This document shows, piece by piece, positions 19,539-30,486 of a stretch of DNA of 64,000 bases. Source of the DNA: Flavobacteriaceae bacterium (GTDB taxonomy: Bacteria > Bacteroidota > Bacteroidia > Flavobacteriales > Flavobacteriaceae); assembly GCA_049615925.1 (NCBI GenBank), contig JBMZGM010000005.1, forward strand, positions 5,183 to 69,182, given 5' to 3'. The notes under the pieces are model-generated. The model was not told where the DNA came from and searched no databases. It was given only the letters and a program-made list of their open reading frames with translations. The translations under genes were made by a program, and so were the position numbers. Every line of letters begins with the position of its first letter. Within the stretch, counting starts at the first letter, position 1.

Positions 19539-21743
19539 ATGCTAGTGGATGAAGAAATAGAAAACAAAGAGATTGCAAAGCAGTACAAAGAACTGCTAAG
19601 GATCAGCTACTTACAACTCACTAATGAAGATAAAAAGTTAATCCGTCTCGCATTTAACACAGCTGTTGATGCCCATAAAAATCAACGTAGAAAATCTGGG
19701 GAAGCCTATATTTTCCATCCCATTGCGGTAGCAAAAATTGTCGCATCAGAAATTGGCCTTGACGCTACTTCTATCGCAGCAGCCCTTTTACACGATACTG
19801 TTGAAGATACAGCATACACCCTGGATGATATCGAACGCCTTTTTGGAAATACGGTGGCAAAGATTGTGCACGGGCTCACTAAAATTTCTCATCTAAAAAA
19901 AGATACCGACATCTCCCTACAAGCAGAAAACTTTAGGAAGATGCTCTTGACCTTGAACGATGATATTCGAGTGATCATCATCAAAATAGCCGACCGCCTG
20001 CACAATATGCAAACGATGGACGCTATGCCAGAGTATAAGCAGGTGAAAATAGCGTCGGAGACCCTTTACATCTATGCTCCTATCGCCCACAGAATTGGGA
20101 TGTATAATATTAAAACAGAACTGGAAGACCTCAGTTTAAAATACACTGAACCCGAACGGTTCAATGCCATTAAAAATAAAATTGAAGAAAGCCAAGAGGA
20201 ACAAAATCAATACATAAAATCGTTCTCTTCTTTAATCATGGCTTCCTTAGATAGAGAAAAACTAGACTACTTTATCAAAGGTAGAAGTAAGTCCATTTTC
20301 TCCATCCATAAAAAAATGCAAAATCAAAACATCAGCTATGAGCAGGTGTTTGACAAATTTGCCATTAGAATAGTGTATCAATCTAAACCAAAAGATGAAA
20401 AGTTTTTGGCCTGGAAAATCTATTCTATTGTTACCGATCATTTTATCCCAAACCCTACTCGCCTGCGAGACTGGATTTCGTCTTCAAAATCAAATGGATA
20501 TGAATCGCTTCATATCACTGTGATGGGCCCCAATAACAAATGGGTGGAAGTGCAAATCCGCTCTGAACGTATGCATGAGATTGCCGAAAAAGGATATGCC
20601 GCACATTACCGTTACAAGCAAGGAGAAGAAAAAGAGACCGGTATTGATGCCTGGTTGAATCGCTTACAGGAAGTTCTTGAAGCAAAGGACACTTCTAATG
20701 CAGTGGATTTTGTTGAAAATTTTAAACTCAATCTCTACGCTGAAGAAATCTTTGTTTTTACCCCCCAAGGGGATTTAAAATCGCTGCCACAGGGATCCTC
20801 TGCGCTAGATTTTGCCTATGCCATCCACACCGAAATAGGTTCAAAAACAAGAGGCGCTAGGGTCAACGGAAAACTCGTACCCCTATCCCGAAAATTAAAA
20901 AGTGGAGACTCGGTCGAGATCATTACTTCAGAGAATGCAAAACCCACCGCTAACTGGGTCGATTATGTCATTACCTCAAGAGCTAGAAATAGAATCAAAG
21001 CTTCCCTTAACGAAGAAAAGAAAAGAATTGCTGAAGAAGGTAAAGAGATTTTACGCCGTAAACTAAAGCACATGCGAATCAATATGAATGAGAAATCCAT
21101 TCGTCAATTGATTCTCTATTTTAAAGTAAATTCTAGCTTAGATCTTTTTTACCGAATTGGTCTAGGCACCATAGACAACCGCAAGCTAAAAGAATTTGCG
21201 ACCTCCTATAACAACACCTTCCTTAACTTTTTCAAAAAACGCTTGAGAACTGCCTCAAAGCCCAGAATAACCGAAAGCGAGGAATTTGTATCTAACTATG
21301 ACAAACTAGTTTTTGGCAAAGAAAAACAGGAATTACCCTATAAACTCTCGCCATGCTGTCACCCCATAGCTGGGGATAAAGTCTTTGGTTTTGTAACCAT
21401 CAACGAAGGCATAAAAGTCCACAAACACAATTGCTCTAATGCGGTTGCACTACAATCCAATTTTGCTTATCGCATTGTCCCTGCCTGGTGGGTTGACTCA
21501 AGTGAACAGGAATTCACAGCAGAACTGGTATTGACTGGAATAGATCAAAAAGGGCTTGTAAATCAAGTTACTCGAGTTATTTCAAACAACATGAACATTG
21601 ATATTAAAAAAATCAATTTTTATACTGATGAAGAGCTATTCAAAGGGGTGATTACAATGCGCGTCAACAACAAAGGAACCCTAAAAAAACTCAAACAACA
21701 GTTATTAAAAATCGCTGGAATAGAGAAAGTAGGGCGCAATTAG
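19539..21743 (+). CDS. relA: bifunctional (p)ppGpp synthetase/hydrolase (RelA/SpoT homologue)
   Basis: 734-aa ORF with an HD hydrolase motif (LLHDTVEDT), a synthetase domain (..YESLHITV.., VEVQIRS), and TGS and ACT regions. Confidence 0.93.
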   Translation: MLVDEEIENKEIAKQYKELLRISYLQLTNEDKKLIRLAFNTAVDAHKNQRRKSGEAYIFHPIAVAKIVASEIGLDATSIAAALLHDTVEDTAYTLDDIERLFGNTVAKIVHGLTKISHLKKDTDISLQAENFRKMLLTLNDDIRVIIIKIADRLHNMQTMDAMPEYKQVKIASETLYIYAPIAHRIGMYNIKTELEDLSLKYTEPERFNAIKNKIEESQEEQNQYIKSFSSLIMASLDREKLDYFIKGRSKSIFSIHKKMQNQNISYEQVFDKFAIRIVYQSKPKDEKFLAWKIYSIVTDHFIPNPTRLRDWISSSKSNGYESLHITVMGPNNKWVEVQIRSERMHEIAEKGYAAHYRYKQGEEKETGIDAWLNRLQEVLEAKDTSNAVDFVENFKLNLYAEEIFVFTPQGDLKSLPQGSSALDFAYAIHTEIGSKTRGARVNGKLVPLSRKLKSGDSVEIITSENAKPTANWVDYVITSRARNRIKASLNEEKKRIAEEGKEILRRKLKHMRINMNEKSIRQLILYFKVNSSLDLFYRIGLGTIDNRKLKEFATSYNNTFLNFFKKRLRTASKPRITESEEFVSNYDKLVFGKEKQELPYKLSPCCHPIAGDKVFGFVTINEGIKVHKHNCSNAVALQSNFAYRIVPAWWVDSSEQEFTAELVLTGIDQKGLVNQVTRVISNNMNIDIKKINFYTDEELFKGVITMRVNNKGTLKKLKQQLLKIAGIEKVGRN

Positions 21744-21781
21744 TAAAAGAAACAGTACCTTTACGGTAGATTTAATGTGAT

Positions 21782-22222
21782 ATGTCAGAATCAAAAGATC
21801 AACAAGAAATCGTCAAAAACGTGTTCATCAATTTTCTTGATCAACACAAACACCGTAAAACGCCAGAACGTTTTGCTATTCTTCATGAAATCTACGAACA
21901 CCAAGGTCACTTTGATATTGAGTCCTTGTATATCATGATGAAAAACAAAAATTATCGCGTTAGTCGAGCGACCTTGTATAATACGGTTGACCTATTGATT
22001 GAATCTGGATTGATTAGAAAACATCAATTTGGATCTCAAGCACAGTATGAAAAATCTTTTTTCGACAAACAGCATGACCATATCATTTTGACCGACTCGG
22101 GAGAGGTAAAGGAATTTTGCGATCCTCGTATACAGTCAATAAAAAAAACCATCGAAGAAGTATTTAATGTTGATATTCACCATCATTCTTTATACTTTTA
22201 CGGCACTAAAAAAGAATCATAA
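21782..22222 (+). CDS. fur: Fur family transcriptional regulator
   Basis: 146-aa ORF with a winged-helix N-domain (..[19 protein letters not shown]..). The relA-fur-purA order is common in this lineage. Confidence 0.8.
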   Translation: MSESKDQQEIVKNVFINFLDQHKHRKTPERFAILHEIYEHQGHFDIESLYIMMKNKNYRVSRATLYNTVDLLIESGLIRKHQFGSQAQYEKSFFDKQHDHIILTDSGEVKEFCDPRIQSIKKTIEEVFNVDIHHHSLYFYGTKKES

Positions 22223-22236
22223 ACACCCATTCATAT

Positions 22237-23508
22237 ATGTCGGTTGATCTATTGCTCGGACTCCAATGGGGAGACGAAGGAAAAGGAAAAATTGTTGATG
22301 TTTTAACCAAAGATTATGACATAATCGCCCGCTTTCAAGGAGGACCTAATGCTGGTCACACCTTAAAGTTTGACGGTATGTCGCATGTTTTACACACCAT
22401 TCCTTCAGGTATTTTTCATCCCTCAGCGCTAAACTTAATTGGGAATGGAGTGGTGATTGACCCTGTCATCTTTAAAGGAGAACTGGATAAACTTGCAGGC
22501 TTTAATATCGATTTCGCCAAGAAACTTTTTGTTTCAAAAAAAGCCCATTTAATCCTCCCCACCCATCGCTTACTCGATGCAGCCTCTGAGGCAGCAAAAG
22601 GAAAAGCAAAAATTGGCTCTACGCTCAAAGGAATAGGCCCAACTTACATGGATAAAACAGGGAGAAACGGGATAAGAGTAGGCGATATCTTACTCGACGA
22701 CTGGAAGAACCGCTATGCTGTACTTCGCGACAAGCATTTAAAAATGCTAGAAAACTATGACAGTAGCATTGAATATGATTTGAGTGATTTAGAAGCAACT
22801 TTCTTTGAAAGCCTTGAAACCTTAAAATCACTTCCTTTAATCGACAGTGAACATTTCTTACACACAGCACAAAAAGAAAATAAAAAAATCTTAGCAGAAG
22901 GAGCACAAGGCTCGTTATTAGATATTGACTTTGGGACCTATCCATTTGTCACTTCTTCTACTACAACTGCAGCAGGTGCTTGTACAGGATTGGGGATCGC
23001 CCCGAATGCTGTAGGAGAAGTCTTTGGAATCTTTAAAGCCTACACGACCCGTGTGGGTAGCGGCCCTTTCCCAACGGAACTTTTTGACGAAGATGGAGAA
23101 ACAATGGGGCGAGTAGGACACGAATTTGGAGCAACAACAGGGCGTGCAAGACGCTGTGGATGGATTGACCTTGTGGCGCTAAAATATGCTATTCGAGTGA
23201 ATGGAGTGACACAATTGATGATGATGAAAGGCGATGTCCTTTCGGGCTTCCCCACAATAAAAGTGTGCACTAGCTACAAAACAAAAGAAGGAGTAATTGA
23301 GCACCTTCCCTTTTCCATCGAACCAGAAAATGTGAGCCCTCAATACATTGAATTAGCAGGATGGAAAGAAGACCTTACCCAAATGTCTTCTGAAGAAGAA
23401 TTCCCTGCGAATTTCAATGCTTATATTGCTTTTCTAGAGAAAGAATTAGAAACACCGATTAAGATTGTTTCTGTTGGTCCCGATAGAAAACAGACGATCT
23501 TTCGCTAA
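22237..23508 (+). CDS. purA: adenylosuccinate synthase
   Basis: 423-aa ORF. The N-terminus LGLQWGDEGKGKIVD and the GIGPTY and TTGR.RRCGW motifs are present. Confidence 0.97.
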   Translation: MSVDLLLGLQWGDEGKGKIVDVLTKDYDIIARFQGGPNAGHTLKFDGMSHVLHTIPSGIFHPSALNLIGNGVVIDPVIFKGELDKLAGFNIDFAKKLFVSKKAHLILPTHRLLDAASEAAKGKAKIGSTLKGIGPTYMDKTGRNGIRVGDILLDDWKNRYAVLRDKHLKMLENYDSSIEYDLSDLEATFFESLETLKSLPLIDSEHFLHTAQKENKKILAEGAQGSLLDIDFGTYPFVTSSTTTAAGACTGLGIAPNAVGEVFGIFKAYTTRVGSGPFPTELFDEDGETMGRVGHEFGATTGRARRCGWIDLVALKYAIRVNGVTQLMMMKGDVLSGFPTIKVCTSYKTKEGVIEHLPFSIEPENVSPQYIELAGWKEDLTQMSSEEEFPANFNAYIAFLEKELETPIKIVSVGPDRKQTIFR

Positions 23509-23520
23509 AACAATGCGCGT

Positions 23521-25107
23521 GTGAAAAACCATTTTTCACTTCTATTTATCGCTGCTACTCTCTTGATAGGGATAACCTTACACGCACAAGATAAACGCGT
23601 GATACAAATTCAACAGGCGGGTTCTTTTGGAAAAGATGAAGCAAATTATCCCGGGGCAAATATTCTATTAAAGAAAGGAGAAACGAGGGTAAAGCTATTC
23701 CATAAAGGAGCCTTAATCGTATCGAACAAATCCTTTTTTTACGCAGCAAAAAACGCCTTTAAAGCAGAGGGCGAAGTTGTCTTTACACAAGGAGATAGTT
23801 TGCGAATGACCAGTGATTACATGGAATACAACGGGGAAACTGGAAAGGCAAAAGCCTGGGGAGATGTGTTTCTAAAACAACCCGACATGACCCTAGAAAC
23901 CGACACACTCTTTCTCGATCGTCTCGAAGATTTAGCCTATTATGAAACCCCAGGAACCATTATCGATAGTGCAAGTGTGCTAAAAAGTAATCGAGGAAAG
24001 TACTATATGAAAGAAAAAAAATACCGCTTTCTTTCGAATGTTCGCATCACAAACCCCGATTACAAGGTCACTTCAAGCCAACTCGATTATTACACCGAAA
24101 CCAATAAGTCCTTTCTTTACGGCCCTACAAAAATCATTGGAAAAGACTACGATATCTATTGCGAACAAGGATTTTATGACACCAATAGCCAAAAAGGCTA
24201 TTTTAAAAAAAATGCTGAGATTCTCTATAATAATAAAATCATCAATGGGGATAGTCTTTATTTTGAAAACGATCGTAACTATGCGGCGGCGGCAAATAAA
24301 GTTAAAATCACAGACACCATTAATCAATCCATCATTCGTGGAAATTATGCCGAGATATTTAAAGCAAAAGACTCTGCGATAATTACGCGAAAAGCCTTGG
24401 CCATCAATATCATCGAAAACGATTCCCTCTATATTCATGCAGATACTTTAGTGGGAACAGGTCCATCTGAAGCAAGAATACTAAGAGGATATTATGGAGT
24501 GAAAATCCTCAAAAAAGATTTAAGAGGAAAATCAGATTCGCTCTATCTTGATGAGAATGTGGGTAGAATTGAATTACTAAAACGCCCGTTGAGTAGAAAG
24601 GAAGAACAAATTTTAACGCAGGACCAAAAAAACCGTCGCAACCCAGTCATGTGGTTTAATGAAAGTCAAATGAGTGGGGATGTTATCTACATGAAAACCG
24701 ATTTTGAAACAAAAAAATTAGATTCACTTTTCATCTTTGGCAACGCCTTTATCATAGAAAAAGACAGCTTGAGTAAAAACGGGTACAATCAAATTGTAGG
24801 AAAAGAACTCTACGGAGATTTTTTAGACGGCAGCTTGAATGAGTTAGATGTCATTAAAAACACGCAAGTCTTGTATTATCTTTATTCAGATGCTGGAGAG
24901 CTTGTGGGAATCGACAAAACCATTTGTAGTGCCTTAAACATAAAATTCAAAGACAATGAAATTGAGGACATTTCATTTTATGTTAGTCCCGAAGGAGATG
25001 TCTTTCCAGACAAAGAACTGAATCCTAACTTAAGAAAGCTCGAAGGCTTTTTATGGCGTGAAGAAGAACGGCCAAAAACCCTGGAAGATTTGTTCAAAAA
25101 AGATTAA
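23521..25107 (+). CDS. OstA-like (LptD N-terminal-like) periplasmic protein
   Basis: 528-aa ORF with a GTG start and a signal peptide. It has repetitive beta-rich OstA-type segments (..GEVVFTQGDSLRMTSDYMEYN..). Confidence 0.7.
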   Translation: MKNHFSLLFIAATLLIGITLHAQDKRVIQIQQAGSFGKDEANYPGANILLKKGETRVKLFHKGALIVSNKSFFYAAKNAFKAEGEVVFTQGDSLRMTSDYMEYNGETGKAKAWGDVFLKQPDMTLETDTLFLDRLEDLAYYETPGTIIDSASVLKSNRGKYYMKEKKYRFLSNVRITNPDYKVTSSQLDYYTETNKSFLYGPTKIIGKDYDIYCEQGFYDTNSQKGYFKKNAEILYNNKIINGDSLYFENDRNYAAAANKVKITDTINQSIIRGNYAEIFKAKDSAIITRKALAINIIENDSLYIHADTLVGTGPSEARILRGYYGVKILKKDLRGKSDSLYLDENVGRIELLKRPLSRKEEQILTQDQKNRRNPVMWFNESQMSGDVIYMKTDFETKKLDSLFIFGNAFIIEKDSLSKNGYNQIVGKELYGDFLDGSLNELDVIKNTQVLYYLYSDAGELVGIDKTICSALNIKFKDNEIEDISFYVSPEGDVFPDKELNPNLRKLEGFLWREEERPKTLEDLFKKD

Positions 25108-25111
25108 GGCC

Positions 25112-26293
25112 ATGCTCGCAGATGATTTTTTAAGATATCAGGCAAAAACTACTCCTTATCCCATGGGGATGGAAGTTAAGCGAGCGAAAGGAAGCTATAT
25201 CATCGATCATAAGGGAAAAAAACACCTTGACTTTGTGGCGGGAGTATCTGCATGTAGTCTAGGTCATCGCCATCCTGCTGTTGTTCGAGCCATTAAAAAA
25301 CAACTCAATCGCTATTTACATGTCATGGTGTATGGCGAGTATGCTCAAAGTCCAGCAGTAGCGCTTTGTAAACTTCTAGCGCAACAACTCCCTCCATCAC
25401 TTGAAGTGACCTATTTGACTAACTCTGGAACAGAAGCCATAGAAGGCGCAATGAAATTGGCCAAAAGAGTTACAGGCAAACGAGGTTTTGTCGCAGCACA
25501 ACAAGCCTATCACGGTAGCACACAAGGGGCCTTAAGCTTACTTGGTGTGGAAGAGCAAAAAAAAGGTTATTTCCCCCTGCTAGAAGAAGTTGATTTTATC
25601 CCATTTAACGATAAAGAGGCCTTAGGAAAAATCACGGCCACTACCGCAGCTGTGGTACTCGAGACAATTCAAGGTGGAGCTGGATTTATCGTTCCACAAA
25701 AGGACTACTTAAAAGCGGTAAAAGCACGTTGCGAAGAAGTGGGTGCATTACTCATTTTAGACGAAATACAACCAGGAATAGGTCGCACAGGGAAACTATT
25801 CGCTTTTGAACACTATGATGTTATCCCAGATATACTCGTAATAGGAAAGGGATTAGGGGGCGGGATGCCTATTGGCGCTTTTTGTAGCGCTGCAACGCAT
25901 ATGCAAGAACTCACCCATTCCCCCAGCCTGGGGCACATCACTACTTTTGGTGGAAATCCAGTTATTGCTGCAGCAGCACTCGCCACTCTAGAAACCATTT
26001 TTAGAAAAAAAATCATGCATGAGGTTGACGAAAAAGAAGCCCTATTTCGTGAACTATTAGTCCACCCTAAAATCGAAAAAATTAACGGAAGAGGCCTTAT
26101 GCTTGCACCTATTTTAAAAGATGAAAAAGAGGTGCCCAAAGTGGTAGAAGCTTGTTTAAAAAAAGGCTTGATTTTGTTTTTCTTACTTTGGGAAAAGAAG
26201 GCCCTGCGCATTTCACCGCCCTTAAACATTAGTCGAAGAGAAATCAAGAAAGGCTGTAACATCCTATTATCGGTACTCGACGAGTTATCCTAG
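25112..26293 (+). CDS. class III (acetylornithine/GABA-type) PLP-dependent aminotransferase
   Basis: Motifs SGTEAIEGAMKLA, DEIQPGIGRTGK, and the PLP-lysine region VIGKGLGGG. I take ATG 25112 (MLADDF..) as the start, because the track start 25058 overlaps the upstream gene. Confidence 0.85.
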   Translation: MLADDFLRYQAKTTPYPMGMEVKRAKGSYIIDHKGKKHLDFVAGVSACSLGHRHPAVVRAIKKQLNRYLHVMVYGEYAQSPAVALCKLLAQQLPPSLEVTYLTNSGTEAIEGAMKLAKRVTGKRGFVAAQQAYHGSTQGALSLLGVEEQKKGYFPLLEEVDFIPFNDKEALGKITATTAAVVLETIQGGAGFIVPQKDYLKAVKARCEEVGALLILDEIQPGIGRTGKLFAFEHYDVIPDILVIGKGLGGGMPIGAFCSAATHMQELTHSPSLGHITTFGGNPVIAAAALATLETIFRKKIMHEVDEKEALFRELLVHPKIEKINGRGLMLAPILKDEKEVPKVVEACLKKGLILFFLLWEKKALRISPPLNISRREIKKGCNILLSVLDELS

Positions 26294-26383
26294 CTTGTTA
26301 ATTAATTTGTTAAAAACAAAAGCGGATAGGGTTTCACTTTCAACAACTTAGTTTCTACATTTAATAAACCAATACACCCATCT

Positions 26384-27748
26384 ATGTTTCGCGAATTTTC
26401 GCAAAATTCAGACGCACCAGTTACCAGATTTGAGCAAATGCTCAAGACAAATCAAGTGTACTTTTTTGATGCGGTAGAATTTGAAACCATCATACAGTTT
26501 TACATTGATACGGGTGAAATCAATTTGGCCAAAAAAGCCTTACAAATGGGAATCAATCAACACCCATTTCACATTGATTTGTTGCTTTTAAAATCGGAAC
26601 TTCTCATTTTTGATGATGCCCATGAAGAGGCCATTCAACTATTAGATGTCATTGAAGAAATGGAACCCAGCAATCAAGAGGTTTATATTCAAAAAGCCGC
26701 TATTTCTTCAAAAAACAAAAATCATCCTGCAGCCATTGAATTTCTTTTTAAAGGACTAGAACAAGGAGACGATCCACATGAGATTTGGTCATTATTAGCA
26801 ATGGAATACATGGTACTTGAAAACTATGAAGAAGCGAAAAATTATTTTCGCCTATGCATAGAAGAAGAAGCAGATGATTTCCAAATTCTCTATAACCTGC
26901 TGTTTTGCCTTGACTACTTAAAAGCTCATCAAGAAGCGCTGGAAATTCTCAACAACATTCTTGAAAAAAATCCCTATAATGAGATTGCATGGCTGGAAAG
27001 TGGAAAGCAGTATTTAAACCTCAATCAAGAAGAAGAAGCCCTTAGTGCATTTGAATTTGCTATCATTAGTGAAGATACCTTTACAGGCGCCTACATTGAA
27101 AAGGCAAAACTGCTCGAGAAAATGGGCAGAATCAATCAAGCGATTGAAAATTATGAACTGGCTGCTCGAATTGAAGATCCTTCGGCCTATCTATACATAA
27201 GGATTGCTTCCTGCCATCAACACCTGGGCAACCATCAATTAGCCCTACAACATTTCAAAAAAGGGATCAACGAAGACCCTTCCTATGAAAAAGCTTGGAC
27301 TGGAATCATTGATTTTTACATCGCGCAGCAAAACCCCATTAAAGCCCTTTATTACTGTCAAAAAGCACTTCAAATCAATGAAAACTACTTGAGTTATTGG
27401 AAAAGAAGTGCCTTATTAAACAAGCGTTTAGAAAATTATCAAGAAGCAGAAATCGCTTTTCAAAACACCATTGAACTTGGCAATTACGAATTAAGCGTTT
27501 GGATGGAATGGTTAGATACGCTCATCTTTTTGCAAGAATGGGAAAAAGCACACATCATCGCTCAACAAGCCAAGGAATTTTATCCCGATGAAGTTGAGCT
27601 AGACTTCAAAATTGCAGGTTGTTTTAACAAAATGGGAAAACCCATCGAAATGGAATACTTTTTGCAAAACATCCAACAAAGCACTAAAGATATCCCACAA
27701 AGTACTTTGGAACTATTTCCACAACTTATTCCTTTACTTGAAAAGTAA
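26384..27748 (+). CDS. tetratricopeptide repeat protein
   Basis: 454-aa all-helical ORF with many TPR-like 34-residue units (..A...Y..AL.I.P..). Confidence 0.75.
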   Translation: MFREFSQNSDAPVTRFEQMLKTNQVYFFDAVEFETIIQFYIDTGEINLAKKALQMGINQHPFHIDLLLLKSELLIFDDAHEEAIQLLDVIEEMEPSNQEVYIQKAAISSKNKNHPAAIEFLFKGLEQGDDPHEIWSLLAMEYMVLENYEEAKNYFRLCIEEEADDFQILYNLLFCLDYLKAHQEALEILNNILEKNPYNEIAWLESGKQYLNLNQEEEALSAFEFAIISEDTFTGAYIEKAKLLEKMGRINQAIENYELAARIEDPSAYLYIRIASCHQHLGNHQLALQHFKKGINEDPSYEKAWTGIIDFYIAQQNPIKALYYCQKALQINENYLSYWKRSALLNKRLENYQEAEIAFQNTIELGNYELSVWMEWLDTLIFLQEWEKAHIIAQQAKEFYPDEVELDFKIAGCFNKMGKPIEMEYFLQNIQQSTKDIPQSTLELFPQLIPLLEK

Positions 27749-27769
27749 ACGAACAAACCATTTTTTATA

Positions 27770-28696
27770 ATGCGCAACATTCTATTGCTTTATTTTAAAG
27801 GCCTACTCATGGGAGCGGCCGATATTGTCCCTGGGGTTTCTGGAGGAACAATGGCACTTATCACAGGAATTTATAAGGAGCTTATTGCGAGTATCGATCA
27901 ACTGCGTCTCAATCAACTTTGGCTTTTAAGAAATGAAGGATTTCGCTCATTCTGGAAAGCAGTTAACGGCCCTTTTCTCTTTCCACTTTTTTTAGGGATC
28001 GTAAGTGGAATCTTATTTCTTTCCAGCGGAATCACTTATTTAATGGAACACCAACCCATTTTATTATGGTCGTTCTTTTTTGGTTTAATTCTCGCCAGTA
28101 TTTATGTATTAATCAAACAATCCTCTTTAAAGACACTGGGACACTATTCTTTGCTTCTGGTGGGTTTTCTCATCGCCTTTGGCATTACCCAATTGAATCC
28201 ATCTTCCTCCTCTAACAACCTTTTTTATCTTTTCATATCGAGTATGATTGCGATTATTGCGATGATACTTCCTGGGATTTCTGGAGCTTTTATTTTCATA
28301 CTACTAGGGGTTTATGAGGTGGTATTGGACACTGTAAAGGGGGCTGTGGCGGTTCTATTAGATTTTGACTGGACTAGTTTTAAAACCGTTTATCTCAAAG
28401 TGGTTGTCATCGCGGTGGGAATTGTTGTTGGACTTAAATTATTTTCGCGTCTTTTAACTTGGTTATTTGAATATAAAAAAGAGGGGACCCTAAGTGTTTT
28501 GATTGGTTTTATGATAGGAGCCTTGCCCAAAATATGGCCGTGGAAAGCACAAGAAAAGATTAAAGGAGAAGTAGTCTATCACAACATCAATCCACTCAAC
28601 TTTGAGGGAGACCCTCAATTGCTATTGGGAATAGGGCTAATTGTTTTTGGCGCAGGCGCCTTACTTCTTTTGGAACGTTTTTCCTTAAAACAGTAA
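27770..28696 (+). CDS. DUF368 domain membrane protein
   Basis: 308-aa polytopic ORF with duplicated (I/V)PGVSGG / LPGISG motifs characteristic of DUF368. Confidence 0.8.
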   Translation: MRNILLLYFKGLLMGAADIVPGVSGGTMALITGIYKELIASIDQLRLNQLWLLRNEGFRSFWKAVNGPFLFPLFLGIVSGILFLSSGITYLMEHQPILLWSFFFGLILASIYVLIKQSSLKTLGHYSLLLVGFLIAFGITQLNPSSSSNNLFYLFISSMIAIIAMILPGISGAFIFILLGVYEVVLDTVKGAVAVLLDFDWTSFKTVYLKVVVIAVGIVVGLKLFSRLLTWLFEYKKEGTLSVLIGFMIGALPKIWPWKAQEKIKGEVVYHNINPLNFEGDPQLLLGIGLIVFGAGALLLLERFSLKQ

Positions 28697-28701
28697 AAAG
28701 A

Positions 28702-29700
28702 ATGTATCCCACACAACGCTCTTTATTTGATTCAATTCTTTTAATAATCAAGGGGATGGCCATGGGAATGGCCAATAAAATCCCGGGAGTATCCGGGGGA
28801 ATCATTGCGCTTGCCGCTGGCTTTTATGAGGAATTAATCCACTCCTTTTCCCGCATCGATGCAAAAGCTTTTCGGCTGCTGTACAAAGAAGGTTTTATGG
28901 CGTTCTATCGGCACATCAATGGTCCTTTTTTACTCTTGTTATTTAGCGGGGTGGGGCTCAGCTTCTTTAGTATATCCCTTGTCTTAGATTATTTTTTAAC
29001 GCATTACCCCCAACAGGTTTTAGGAGCATTTTTCGGGATGATTCTCGCTTCTGTATATTACATCTGGGTGGATCTCCCACAGTACCGCCATCAAGAATAC
29101 CTGGCAGGGAGTATTGGAACAATTTTGGGCATTGCCCTTATGTGGATCAATCCTGGAGTGGAAAATGACCACTGGCTTTTTGTGCTCTTTTGTGGTATGA
29201 TTAGTATTTCTGGTATGACATTGCCCGGCTTATCGGGCTCACTACTCATCCTTATTTTAGGAAACTATAACCTACTATTAGTCGATTGTGTCAATGGCCT
29301 TTTCTTTACTTTGCAAGACGTATTTAGCGGTAACGGCTGGGGACTAGACGATCCAGAACGCAAACGCCTTTTGACCGTCTTTATTTTTTTCACCCTAGGC
29401 TCGACAATAGGATTGATTGTTTTTTCAAAACTTTTGGAACAATTGATTAAACACTACAAATCCATCACTATTTCTACTTTGGTTGGATTCATTTTAGGTT
29501 CCCTAGGAGCTGTTTGGCCCTGGACAGGAAAAACAACTATAATCCATGAACAAAGCATCAGTATAGCAACAACTCCCCACAATCAATACTACCTCCCTAA
29601 TCTTCGCTTTTTTTCAACCCAAAGCACCGTATTTTTTATACTTTTAGGCATCTTAATTGTGATCATTTTAGAACACTATGGCAACAAAAAAAGCACTTAA
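28702..29700 (+). CDS. DUF368 domain membrane protein (paralogue)
   Basis: 332-aa polytopic ORF with IPGVSGG and LPGLSGS motifs, 5 nt downstream of the first DUF368 gene. Confidence 0.8.
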   Translation: MYPTQRSLFDSILLIIKGMAMGMANKIPGVSGGIIALAAGFYEELIHSFSRIDAKAFRLLYKEGFMAFYRHINGPFLLLLFSGVGLSFFSISLVLDYFLTHYPQQVLGAFFGMILASVYYIWVDLPQYRHQEYLAGSIGTILGIALMWINPGVENDHWLFVLFCGMISISGMTLPGLSGSLLILILGNYNLLLVDCVNGLFFTLQDVFSGNGWGLDDPERKRLLTVFIFFTLGSTIGLIVFSKLLEQLIKHYKSITISTLVGFILGSLGAVWPWTGKTTIIHEQSISIATTPHNQYYLPNLRFFSTQSTVFFILLGILIVIILEHYGNKKST

Positions 29701-30427
29701 CTTTGGACTCCTAGGAAAAAACATCGCCTATTCGTTTTCCCCTGGTTACTTTGCAAAAAAATTTGAGCGAGAAAACTTATCGCATTGCCACTATCAAAAT
29801 TTTGATTGCGCAGATGTAGCAGAAGTAGTTGACGTCATTCAACGCGATGACATCAAAGGGCTAAATGTCACCATTCCCTACAAAGAAGCGGTGATACCCA
29901 CCATGGATGAGTTGAGTCCCACCGCTGCGACTATCGGTGCAGTTAACACCATTATTTTTACAAAAGAAGGCAAACGTATTGGGGATAATACCGATGCCTA
30001 TGGCTTTGAACGCGCCCTTTTTGACCACTACCACAAACAACCCAAAAAAGCCTTGATTTTAGGCACAGGTGGCGCTTCAAAAGCCGTTGCCTATGTCTTA
30101 AAAAAACGTGGGATTACCCCTCAATTTGTGTCGCGAAAAGCCAGAGAAAATTGCCTCGATTATGCTGCCTTAACCGATGAGGTCATCACCGCACACGAGT
30201 TAATTATCAATTGCACACCTTTGGGAACCCATCCAGCTATTGAAGAATCTCCTGCCCTAAATTATGCTGCGTTAAATGAGCAACATTTTCTCTTTGATTT
30301 AGTCTATAATCCTCCCATGAGCCGTTTCCTACAACTGGGAAAAGCACAAGGTGCTGGAACAGCAAACGGGGCAGATATGCTCGTCCATCAAGCAAACCGT
30401 TCCTGGGACCTGTGGATGAAACATTAA
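29678..30427 (+). CDS. aroE: shikimate dehydrogenase
   Basis: 249-aa ORF with SPGYF.., LNVTIPYK, NTD and GTGGASKA (NADP Rossmann) motifs. It overlaps the upstream gene by 23 nt. Confidence 0.88.
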   Translation: MATKKALNFGLLGKNIAYSFSPGYFAKKFERENLSHCHYQNFDCADVAEVVDVIQRDDIKGLNVTIPYKEAVIPTMDELSPTAATIGAVNTIIFTKEGKRIGDNTDAYGFERALFDHYHKQPKKALILGTGGASKAVAYVLKKRGITPQFVSRKARENCLDYAALTDEVITAHELIINCTPLGTHPAIEESPALNYAALNEQHFLFDLVYNPPMSRFLQLGKAQGAGTANGADMLVHQANRSWDLWMKH

Positions 30428-30486
30428 GGCATTGATTTTTTTTTTGTAATTTTAAGCTAGACGTAAGCTACACTAATACCTTTGTC

